Below are positions 1 to 12,317 of a stretch of 64,000 nt of DNA, in pieces. The DNA comes from Basidiobolus meristosporus CBS 931.73 (Eukaryota > Fungi > Basidiobolomycota), in assembly GCA_002104905.1 (NCBI GenBank), contig MCFE01000075.1:119341-183340 (forward strand). The letters run 5' to 3'. The notes below the pieces were generated by a model that saw only the letters and a list, made by a program, of their open reading frames with translations, made no database searches and was not told where the DNA came from. Position 1 is the first letter of the stretch. Every line of letters starts with the position of its first letter. The position numbers and the translations under genes were made by a program.

Positions 1-1850
1 TTATGTTTGTGTGCATTGATTGGCTATTGCTTCTTTTTCACACTTCTTACTTCCTGACTCAACTATTTCTCTTACTTTTCATGCATACAAATTGATTTAT
101 TTATGTTGAAACTTCATTTGTATCTCAATTGCCAATTTTATTGACCTATGCTAGTCCCTATACCCTACACTAACATTAAGCCCAACCCCACACTCAACAA
201 GTAACTCCATTAAAATCCACCACTCAAGAAGCATTTCTGCTGTAATGCTCTGGTTCCATGACATTGGCAGGAAACCAATGGCTTTATGCCTCTGTTCATT
301 CACCGGCTCCTACACTGGTCTTCAACTGGTACTGCAAGGTCTAACCCCTTATTGGCCAGTCTTTGCAATGAATCCTTGCAATGCTTAAGTGTGTTTTCTT
401 GAGCATTGCTCTTGAAGAATTGCTGCAACCTCCTAGTGTGCCTGTTAATGTACCAATATTCCACTGAAATCATTGTGATAGTCTTTTGAGTTCTGGAAGC
501 TGTGGCCTTCTCTGTCAGTGGAATCTGTACTTCTCAACAATGGAGAATGTGAAGGCTGTGGTAGACAAATGGCCTTATTTGGTAAACTCATCTATCTTGC
601 TGGATTGTAGCTCAACTGTCTGTGCTTCCACCTCTTGTGAAAACAGCTGTTTTCTTGTTGGTAATTCTTCTTGTGTCTGATGGGACTCAGTCTGTTCTGG
701 GCTTGTGGCATTAATTGCCAAGAACTGCAGTTTCTTTTGCATGCTTCCCTGTCTCAGGCTTGGGTAGACATTTTTCCCTTTACCTTTTCCTTTATCACTG
801 CCAGGTCTTTCACTGCTACTTTTTCTGAGTGCTTCTTGCAATGAACCACATTTTCTCCTTTGAAATTCTGCTTTGATGCATCTGTTTTGGCCTGCTTGTT
901 ACTTTGTGGCACTCTTCTGGCAACCTGATGTTTTTTTCTCGCTTATTTCAAACTCTCTACCATTGTTGTGACAGGCTCCTGTAAAAACTGCTGGTTTTAT
1001 CACTGCCAGGTCCTTCACTGCTGCTTTGAATGAGTGCTTCTTTAGTGGTATTACACTTTTTCCCTGATAATTGTGGTGCTGGTGCATCTGTGTCTGCCTG
1101 CTTGTCCCTAATTGGCACTCTTCAAGCTACCTGACATCTCTTTGACACTTGTGTGGAGCTTTCAGCCCTGCTTGTATTGGCTCTGGAGGAAGCCGCTGGT
1201 TTTTAGCCATGGAACCCTTGCTCTTCTGCCTTTGTTAATTTCTGCTATTCTTAAGATACTTCCTTAGCATATCAATGATGGCCCAAAATCTGTTTGCCTA
1301 TTTGAGTCCAGGATAATGCTTGTAGAACCAGTCAAGTGCATTCTGCTTGGGCTTGAGTTCTTGATGGTCCATTGGTACACCAGCCTTAAGGTGATGGCAT
1401 GCCAGACTTCTGACAGCCTCATGAATATTAGCCCACTCTTCATTATTGCACTCAATGTCTTCATGGATCTTCAATGTGTTTTGATTTTTAGGCTTTGGTA
1501 TAAACACCACATTGTCTCCCTCCCATGCTGTGATAGGTTTCTTTGCAATAATTATCTTTGGGCTCTGCAGTTGTGCTTCATAGACTGTAAGGTGTTCCTC
1601 TGCTGTTACATTGGGAAATGGCTCAATTCTTAGCTGGGACATTGAGCTACTTGAGTTCCTTCTTTGCAGCAACAATAATGCTTTCTCTACCTGGGATACT
1701 GATTGCTCTATATGTATTATCCACTCATCCTGTTTCTGGACTATTTCCTGATTTCTCTGGGCCATTGCATCTATCCTATCAGCTACTGTACCTAATTGCT
1801 TCATTAATACCTTGGTATGAACTGACAACATACTTGTAAATATGAGTGGT
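1..1850 (-). mobile_element. Accessory-ORF arm (copy 1) of a CMC/EnSpm-like DNA transposon, degenerate
   Basis: 1-1120 aligns by eye with 56255-57366 (same strand) and with ~7300-8350 (opposite strand). ORF 1298..1831 is homologous to 6621-7058 (LKIHE..ECN.EE....EA.RSLA..HLKA..P.DH.ELK.KQN.LD.F.K.YPG). It lies divergent from the transposase and is CpG-depleted. Confidence 0.65.
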
Positions 1851-2979
1851 TATGATGTCATGACAGCTACTTGCTGGTCTTCAACTGAGGGTACTTTATT
1901 TGCTACATTGTCATCTGCCTGATCATAATAGTCAGCATGTGCCTCTGCAGAGGCTCTCAATTGCCTACTTGACTGAGAGCCTGAGGATTATGCATTATTA
2001 CATTTGGTGGGCATACTGTTAACATGGTCTTTTTTGGATGTAGCCCCACTTATTGCAATGAATGTCAAAGCAAGCTGTTGTCCAGTTATTCTTCTGCTGC
2101 CATCAGCAGTGGGGTTTGGTTGGGAACCAGACAACCTTGCTTTATTTTTTGGCAGCATATATAGGGAAGTGAATCAAACCAAAGGGGAAATGGTGTTACA
2201 TATACATGTGTATGTGGTGCCACAGCTTTATTTATAATGCTTACTATGGCAGGTCATCATTGAATCTTATATTCATGTAGGTGCAATGTCTCAAATACAA
2301 GACTTTCTTAAACTTGTGTGATTATTGACCCAAAAGTGACATAATAGTGTTACATTGTTGAAGGTCAAACTGTTTGCCCCATGGACAAAACTACTTTGAT
2401 TCAGTGCCATAAGTGAAAAGAAAAAAGACCAGGTGGCTATTGTAGCAAGCCTCTCAGCCATGAAGCATGCAGACAGCATAGGAAGTATTACAAGGATCAC
2501 AGCCAGTGTTTTGCCACACAAGTCATATTTGACCATTCATCAGTCACTACTGTACAAACAGTATCTTGCCAGCCAGTTGATACTTCTATATTAGCACCTG
2601 GTCAGCTTTGTCACCTTGCGCAAACTGAGTCAGGTGAGTTTATGATGTCTTTAGGCTCACCACAGCCTTCTGAATATGGAATGCAGAGTGATAGCTCTGA
2701 CAAAGAAGGTTTATTGATGGATTGTGAGCCTACCTCCCCTAACAACAGTACCATGCATGAGCCCAGTCAAATCTCAACATGCAATGAGACAACACCTATT
2801 GAAACAACTGCCAAGGATACTTTATGGAGCCAAGTGAGCCTGGTAATTCATCTACTGGTGAATGATGTAATGTTGTGGCTAGAGATGTGGCGTGTTTCCA
2901 CTAATATTAGTTAAGGGGGCTGTGAGGATTTATTACTACTTCTTGCCAAAATCATTCCCGGATGCAACTTACCACCTAC

Positions 2980-4560
2980 ATGGTACAAGTGGACAACTGT
3001 CATGCGGCTGGTAGCATATGACCCAGAGACTGTCCTGATTCCAGCATGTGTTAAAAGTTGCATGGCATTCACATAAAAAAATGCTACCATTGCAATGTGT
3101 CCAAATTGTAAGGAATCCACCACCATGAAGGGAAAACATTGTTTACACTCCAGATATATTCCAGTAATACCCCATCTAAAGAAGTGTATGCAGTACAACA
3201 AATATTGCAATGCTATATAGTACTGCACTCAGTATCAATCAAGTGCAAACATATCTAATATACTCCATGGCAACCATTACAAACAGGTAAGAAGCAAGGG
3301 CTACTTTGAATGAATATATGACCATGCCTTTGCCTTAGCACTAGATAGATTCTCATTAAACAAGTACTCTACTAGCAAATCCTGCTGGCCACTGATTCTC
3401 ATCAATCTGAATCTGCTGCCCATCTTACGGTATCAGAGCAAAAATCTGATGGTAGTCTCACTGGTATCTGGGCCTAAATCACTATCCAACCTGGATAGCT
3501 ACCTGTATCCACTGCTAGATAAATTTTGTATGCTTTCCAGCAGTCTAACAGTAAATGACTGTCATGTAGAAGTGCATATTATTATCTGCATTGGAGATAC
3601 CCCAGCCATCAGCATGATGGCAGGTTTTTCTGGGTGCAATGGACAGTATTGCTGTCAAATGTGTGAGATCCTGGGGATTTACTCCATAACTCACACACAT
3701 TATTATTGGCCAAACACCAATGCTCAGAACATCATCTTCCAACAGAGAGAGTATATAGCAGTCAGCATGCAATTGCAGCAAAGTCAGCTAGTCATAAGCC
3801 ATTGGCCAGAATATGGAATCAATTGGAAACCAGAGATACTTAACACAGAGGGTATCTGTTGGCGCAAAAGCTTTCCACTGGGAGCAATGCATTTGCTTTT
3901 TAACAATATCCCTATACTGATGACCAAGTTGTTCATGGGACATTTCAAGCTTAATGAGCCCTTTGATATACCAGAGAAATTTGAAAGAATTTGCAAGATA
4001 TTACAGAATATCTGATACCCTAGGTACTTCTCACAGGCTCCAATCAACATTCTTATGCATATGTAACAATACAAATGCAAAGACTGGATGAACTGGATAT
4101 GCATTTATTCAAGTGGCTTTCCAAACCCATTCTCACCAAGAGTACATAGGAGGCATTGTAGGTCATATGTGGACATTGTAGGAATACCTATCCAGAAGCA
4201 GATCACTAATGCCAACTTGACACATCTACAGCTGCTGTGCAAGGAATTTGTAATGGGATTTGAGCGGCTATACTACAAACATAAAGCTGAACACAAAGAT
4301 CTCTGCCACTAATGTATTCATTCTCTACTCCATCTTGCTTGGTGTGTGGAGAATATTGGACCTTGCTTCACCTTTTGGGAGTTTTCTATGGAGCAGATGT
4401 GTGGGGAGATAGGAAGACTAGTCAAGTTGCAGGTACTACCATATCCCAATCTCATCAAGAATATTACTTTTAAGTCTGTCATGGATGTGATGAGCTGGCA
4501 TATGGAGGACAGCCAGGAAGAGTTGGAAATACTGAGGACAGATGTACACATTGAGACACC
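2980..4560 (+). pseudogene. CACTA/EnSpm (Transposase_21-like) transposase, multiply disrupted
   Basis: Fragments read WPLILINLNL..R....NL, VSGPKSLSNLDSYLYPLLD, CIGDTPAIS..AGFSG.NG.YCC.MCEI.G, LGAMHLLFNNI and ENIGPCFTFWEFSMEQMCGEIG. These match the motif order of fungal CACTA transposases. Stops and frameshifts occur throughout. Confidence 0.8.
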
Positions 4561-5669
4561 AATGCCTATGGCATTAAGAAGTTAAGCAGCCCCAATGCAT
4601 GGGTTATCAGCTAAGTAATGCAAAGTTGGGTTGGGTGCAACAAGCAACTAACTTTTATCAGGAAAACTCTACCAAGGTATGCCAGATTTCTCATGGTCAC
4701 AAGCCAACTTCTACACCATTCAACATGGAATTCTTGCAAACAAGAGCTAGAGCACACCTATAAGAGGGACTAGAATCTAGCAGGGAGAAGGAATATATTG
4801 GCTAAATACCAAGAATTTTTTTGTGGATATTCAGGAGGTAGTCATGGCAGAAGTAGCTACAACAAAGCATATGTTTGCAAGATGTATATATTACAAGCAG
4901 TAAAAGGTATATGGCAACTTTGCAAGTAGCACACTAAAGAGCTGTAAAGTTGAGGTAATAGAAGTATGTCAATTGCGCAGGTGTGTGCATTTGTAGAGGT
5001 TAATAAGCAGGAGGCCATAGTGTTTTTTACTTGAACTATATGTAGAATACCCAAGGCAGTAGTGGGTCAGTAAATAAAGAGGGGTGATTCTGCAGTGGAG
5101 TATATGAATTGCACAAGGGGAGGTAGAAAAAGGAAAACCATTTTGTAAATTGGTATGGTAGCATTATACAGAACTAGCTGTAGGCCACCATACTGCTGTA
5201 ATATTGCCATCAGAGTTTTGCTATGCGGCCATTGATCTACCATCAAGTTTTTTGCCATATATGACAATTGGATGACCTGGATGGTCAGATCCTTTTAAAA
5301 TAGTTGTAGAGTACATCAAGACAGCAACAATGCCATGCAATTATTGTCACAGTACCAATTGAGTCCCATCAAGTTTTGTAACCTTATTTGGTGGTAAAAT
5401 CAGCAAAACACTGTAGTGGGGTCACAGTGAGGCCCACTGACAGATGTTCTCATTCCCATATTTTCTACTTCCCTATTTCTCTACTACACTTATTTTAGTT
5501 TTATCCTGTTTGTCATACTTGACCAGTACTATCCCAAAAGCTGGCGGACTACCACACCTGCTTACCTTATTGCATAAGTTATACCTCACTTTATGTAAGA
5601 TTACTATCTATAAGTGCTTCTATATTAGGCAAGTACTTGCGCCAGTACCTGCAATACATGGTTAGCCCA

Positions 5670-6323
5670 TGTCACCATCCCTATCATTTCTATATCAAAT
5701 AGGGTATCCCTATGTTACACAGGTTTCAGGGTACAGATTTCTGATTGGTTGGATGTGCTGTGCCTCTTAGAGCCTTCTGGCACCTACTTAGAGTACTCTT
5801 AGCTCATTCTGATGTCATTAAGATCTCTATTGATCTCTGGAACCTTCTGGAACACCATGATTAGTAATCATTTAGCCAGTGAGAAAAGTATATAAGGGAG
5901 GTAATCCCTCAACAATAAATCATCATCCCTTTTATCAATATACCAATTTTTTGATTAGTGTGATCACTGCTGCCTGCTGCTACCTGAGCTTCCAACCTAA
6001 AACCACAGGACACTCCCAGGAAACTTCACTGACAGCCAACTGACCTTGAAGGCACTACTTGTGAGGAATACTCAGAGTAGGTATCATTTGTTATATTTGA
6101 TTCTTTCCCTAGTTTGTTCTTGTACAGGCAAAGATACTTTTCTGTCTTTGTAACTATTGGCCACAGCTGCATTCTTTTCAAGTTGCTGCTGGTGGAGTTT
6201 ACAGTTGTTTTGACTTTGGAAGCTTTAGTACATTGTCATCTTAAAGGATGCTGAGCCCAGCACATACTTTTGTTAAGATGCCAACTAAGTTGGGGATTGT
6301 AGCTCAATAGTTTTCCCTTGACA
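5670..6323. repeat. Possible solo LTR or LTR fragment
   Basis: Bounded by TGTCA...TGACA, with TATATAAG (~5889) and AATAAA (~5914) inside, and CpG-depleted. No target-site duplication found. Confidence 0.3.
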
Positions 6324-6603
6324 AGCTTGTGGCTTTATTCCCCTTTGCTTTACTGTAGTGATATAACCCAGGTATTCCCAGCAAGCTTTTGCCTAGGGTT
6401 GTTGCACCCAGTGAATGCCCACACACAAAACACTCAAGAAGTGTTGGACAAATCTCTCCCTTGGACTTATACACCACCACAATGCCGTTCTGGTCTTGTC
6501 ACTACATCATCAAGAGGGTCACTAATTCTAAGCTGTTGGTATTATGATGGACTCCAAACAGGATCCTAATGGCTGATCTGGATTGGATCCACCTGTGGGA
6601 CCA

Positions 6604-6620
6604 AATTATTTTTCATAGGG
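6604..6620 (-). repeat. Terminal inverted repeat (right end) of the CMC-like element
   Basis: The reverse complement reads CCCTATGAAAAATAATT, matching CCCTATGAAAAATTATT at 56026 and the more degenerate end at 8530. Confidence 0.65.
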
Positions 6621-8530
6621 TTTACTACAAAGAATGAACTGAAGAAGCTCAATGTCACAGCTAATATTGAGCCATTTCCAATTATAACAGCAGAGGAACA
6701 CACTACAGTCTCTGAAGCACAACAACAGTGTGCAAAGATAAAGCCCACAGAAAAACCTATTAAATCATGGGAGGGAGAGACTGAGGTGTTCATATCAAAG
6801 CCTAAAAATCAAAAGGCTTTGAAGATTCATGAACCTGTTGAGTGCAATGATGAAGAGTTGTCTAATACTCAAGAGGCCATTAGAAGTCTAGCATGGTATC
6901 ACCTTAAGGCCAGCATGCCACGGGACCATCCAGAACTCAAGGCCAAGCAGAATGTGCTTGACCTGTTCCACAAGTATTATCCTGGATTCAAGCAAGCAAA
7001 CAGAGTTTGGGCCAGCATTGGCATGCTAAGAAAGTATCTCAGGAACATCAGAGACTAGCAAAGGCAGAAGAACAAGGGTGCCACAGCTAAAAACCAGTGG
7101 CATCCTCAAGAGCTTGTTACAAGCAGGGCTGAAAGTTCCAAACAAATGGCACAGAAGCATCTGGTAGCCAAAGAGTGCCAGTAAGGGACATGCAGACAGA
7201 CACAGATGCATCAGTGCAGTATTCATCAAGGAGAAAATGGTAGCTCAATTCAAGAAGTGCTCAGCCTCAGTAGCAGTGAAGGACTTGACAGTGATAAAGC
7301 CCCACAGCTTCATCAGCTTCCTGTCACAAGCAAGACTGGAAGTTCCAAATAAGTGATAAAGAAATGTCAGGTTGCCATGAGAGTGGTGGCAAGGGACAAG
7401 CAGGCAAAACAGATGCACCAGTGCAGCATTCATCAAGGAGAAAAAAAGCACAATACAAGCAGCGCTCATGTAAAGTAGCAGTGAAAGACATGGCAGTGAT
7501 AGTGGTAAAGGTGAAGAGACTAAAGTCTACCCAAGCCAGAGTCAGGGAAGCATGAGAAAAAGCTACAGTTCCCACCAATTAATGCCAACTGCCCAGAATA
7601 GGCCAAATCCCATCATAGCCAAGAGTTACTAACAGGACAAAAGCTGTTTTCTTAAGAGTCAGAAGCACATCCAGTTGAGCTACACACCAGTGAGGTAGAG
7701 TAGTTTGCAGAGAAAAGCAATTTCTCTACCACTACCCCCACATCCTTCATTATAGACAGAGTGGAGATCCCACTGACTGACAAAGAAACAAATTCAAGAA
7801 CTCAAAAGGTTATCACAATGCCTACAGTGGAATTTTGGGCCATTAACAGGCACCCCCAAGAGGTTGCAGCACTTCTTCAAGAGCAGTGCTCCAGAAAATG
7901 CACTTGAATATTCCAAGGATTTATTGCAAAGAGTAGCAGATGAGGTGCTAGACTTTTCAGTGCTGGCTAAAGACCTGGATGTATGGGAACCAGTGAATGA
8001 ACAGTGGCATAAAGCTTTAGGGTTCCTGCTGAAGTCATGGAAACAAGGTGTTACAGCAGAAAAATATATTGAATGGTGGATTTTAATGCAGCTACTTGTT
8101 GATTGTGAGGTTGGGCTTGATGTTAGTGTTGGGTATAGGAATTTGTATAGGTCAATACAATTGATAATTTAGGTACAACTGAAGTTCCAATGGAAGTAAA
8201 TCAATTTGTATGCATGAAAAGTAAGAGAATTGGCTGGGTCAGGAAGTAAGGAGTGTGAAAAAGAGGTAATAGCCAACCAACATGCACAAACATAGGGGGT
8301 GATTGAGTGTCTGGGATCAGCAAGTGAGACAATTGGCAGAGGACCAATCAAAATCCACTTTTGTGTTGTTGTGAATAATAAGTTTGACCAAGTTTGTTGT
8401 GAAATCTGGGGTGCAATTATTTTTCAATAGTCTTTGCACATAATCCTGACAGGATCAATACCTCTTAGTCATGGGATGTTAATTTTGTGACAGCCTTTTG
8501 AAGGGATCATCACATTTATTTCTTTAAGGG
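6621..8530 (+). mobile_element. Accessory-ORF arm (copy 2) of the CMC-like element, 5'-interrupted, ending in a TIR-like terminus
   Basis: Reverse complement of 1-1690 and of 56026-57366. Begins mid-ORF at 6621 and ends ...ATTTCTTTAAGGG at 8530, abutting copia RT. Confidence 0.7.
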
Positions 8531-9445
8531 CAAAATCCAGCCTATGTAAGAAGTTCAAGATGTCTGATCTAGGAGAACTCAGTAACTACTTAGGAATACA
8601 GTTCCTCATAGACAGAAGCACCCAGACTATCACCCTGGGCCAGTCCAAGTATATTAAAGATATACTAGAGATGTACCAAATGAAGGACTATTAACTGGCA
8701 GCTACCCCAGTGGAGACAAACCTTAACTTGGTCAAAACTCAACCAAATCAAGAGAGCTTGGGGCCATCTGATAGCCCTGACTTTTCTTATCAATCTAAGG
8801 TTGGTAGTCCAATGTATATCATGCTTGGAACATGTCTCATATTCAGTGGAAGTTGTCAGCTAGCATAATCAGAACTATGGATCTGATCATATTGCAGCAG
8901 TTAAGTGGATTTTTAGATACCTAAAAGGAACTGCTGATATCTGCTTAAGGTACACCCATAAGGGTTCAGAACAGGATCTTGTGGGCTACTCTGAAGCTGA
9001 TTGGGGACAATATTTGGAGGACAGAAGATCCACCATAGAATACACCTTTCTTTACTGTAAAGGAGCAATTTCATGAAATTTAAGAGAGCAACCAACTGTA
9101 GCACTTTCTACCTCAGAAGCAGAGTATATGGCAGCCTGTGAGGCTAAAAAAGAAGCAATGTGGCTAAGAAAGCTTTTCAAAGACTTAGGCTTTTGTCAAA
9201 AATCACCAATTACTTTATTTCAACATAATCTAGGATGTATATAGTCAGGTAGATGACCAACTTTTCATGCTAGAACTAAGCACATATATATTAGACATTA
9301 TTTCATACATGAAGCTATAGAGAATAACTTGGTCAACTTAGCTTACTGTCTTCAGATGAAATGATTGCAGGCATATTTACCAAACCATTAGCTAAACAAA
9401 AATTTGATTATCTTAGGTCAAAATTAGGACTAGTCAGTATGAACA
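8531..9445 (+). pseudogene. Ty1/copia pol remnant (RT C-terminus and RNase H)
   Basis: Motifs F.MSDLGEL..YLGIQ, GYSEADW, STSEAEYMAA, RTKHI.IRHYFI and AGIFTKPL, with stops and frameshifts. Confidence 0.9.
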
Positions 9446-9461
9446 TTTGGTTGAGTGGGAG

Positions 9462-9892
9462 TATTGTAGAAGCTTGGAACTCCACCTAGATATTCACCTT
9501 GCTTGGTCACTTAGATCCTTACCTACAAGTCTTAGTGAATACTTCCCAAATTCCTTTTTGGTACTTAGAATATTTTCACCAAAATATCAGGTACCCAGAA
9601 CATGAAGATTAGATAAGTTGTTCAAGCAGCCCCAAGCTTTGCACACATGTTCTTGGGATCTTCCTAAGCCTATTCTACATGCTTGTTATGCCAAGACCAT
9701 GTAAAAGTATAAATACTACTTTTACATTCAATAAAATATTAAGTGAAAACCACATAGACTACTTGTTCTCCCAATCACTTCCAATATCTCCAAGACTCTT
9801 ACCACTTTCATATTTTATATATCATCAAGCAAAAACCATATGATCAACTTATTCCCCCAATCACTTCGGATATCTCCACGACTCTTACAACA
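9462..9892 (+). repeat. Copia 3' LTR with polypurine tract
   Basis: PPT GAGTGGGAG lies immediately upstream. The ends are T(A/G)TTGTA...TACAACA. Homologous to 55299-55646, with an internal duplication of the last ~70 bp. Confidence 0.85.
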
Positions 9893-10255
9893 GCTATAGC
9901 ATGCAATAATGTAGAAACGATATGAGCTTTTGTATGAACCAGGAAAGCTTAGAGATTGCTAGGAAGCTGAGTGGGAAGTGGGAGCTAGTGTGGCCCTGTG
10001 GATGATTGAGTGGCATGGGAATTGCTTCCAACAAACAACTCATTAAAACGACCTTTGGAGTTGCCGAGCCAATACGTGATCATCGGCACAATACGATCCG
10101 GACCCATGCATAAAAATCTCATAGCCGCAGAGGGATCCTCATTCTGGAGCCTTGAGATGACCACCTGTCGATCACGTGATCCTCCGGGGGATGAGCAAGC
10201 GAACTAGGTGAAGTCAAAATTTTGCCCAACCTCCGCATTGAATTCACTAGCCGAT

Positions 10256-10626
10256 ATGAGCAGCCAAGCAGAGGCCAACAGCAACGCAACCACGTACAAG
10301 CCCTTGGACCGTGCGGCACGAAAGAAGTGCTGGGCAGCGAGGGACAAGTTCTTCGAGGCGTTGGACGAGAAAGCCATCGTGGACCCGGCGGACCCGCAGG
10401 TGAGACAGAACGAGTCGCTGGTTGAGAAGGAGAAGGCCTTCAAGGAGGCGTGTCCATTGAGCTGGGTAGGTCACTAGAACACCAAAACTCAACCCTCACC
10501 CTCCAACTAACCGGTTCTTCCCGGGGCCCTTTCTCTCTCTAGTTCGATCATTTCAGCCGACTCCGCGTACAGGAGGCCAAGATCAACGAATACAAAACCC
10601 TGATGAACAACCCCAAGTTCAAATAG
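10256..10626 (+). CDS. COA6: Cytochrome c oxidase assembly factor 6 / COX6B-family protein (2 exons; intron 10466-10542)
   Basis: R..RKKCWAARDKFFEALD...FKEACPLSW|FDHF matches the COA6 pattern. GT-AG intron with a CTAAC branch site. Confidence 0.75.
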
Positions 10627-10994
10627 CCCCGTCCGCACCCCCTCAAGCCCATTTCCTTTCGCCCACCCCGGTGGGAGTTTACCGCCACCCAACACCCAAA
10701 ACAGCATATATAAAAGCCTTCAAGTGGAGCCAAAACCTCGGTTGTTGGGTCGTGGGTTGCTCGGTATATGTACCAGCTGGCAACTGCAGTTTAATGGAGC
10801 AATATGGTGGTGGTACGGTATGAAATCCGCTTGATGTACAATACATAGATTCATCTCGATCATTCAAGGACGAGGCAGGGTTTATAGACTAGATGTGCAC
10901 GTAGTAGCAAGGAGGATGGGATGGGTGTTACATGGGTGTTTCGGACATAAATGATGTCAACAGCAAACGGGTCCGCGCAAGGATGGCACCCGCT

Positions 10995-11870
<876 letters not shown>

Positions 11871-12317
11871 TCGGGAAAAGGGCGCTGGGTGCAAGAGAGG
11901 CGGTCAGCTGCGTAATCGAGGGGAAGCAAAATTCCATGTTGCTGATCTCGCATAAACCGGAGGTTATCTTGAGCGGCGATTTAGGCGACCAAGGTTAAGT
12001 CCCTCGTGTGATCGGGGAACGCGTAGCAGACTCGGTACGTGCGATGGACCGTTTCACTCAATAGAGTTATTGCTCGCCAAATCAAGCCCCGGGATTTCCA
12101 AATTCGGGAGAAAGCCGAGAGTGATCCAGGGTGACCGCTGACCATTGGTGGTGGAGCACCTATTTTTGGATGCGCAGGCAGGAAAAAAAGCGATTCTCGT
12201 GTGAGCGCGACATACAAAACCAAGTCCCCCCCAGGCCCGGCTTGGTTTCCAAAAGGTGTGGTTGAAACGGAGAGTATCCCAAGGGTTATTCAGCAACTCA
12301 GTTTATTGTTTGGTGAA

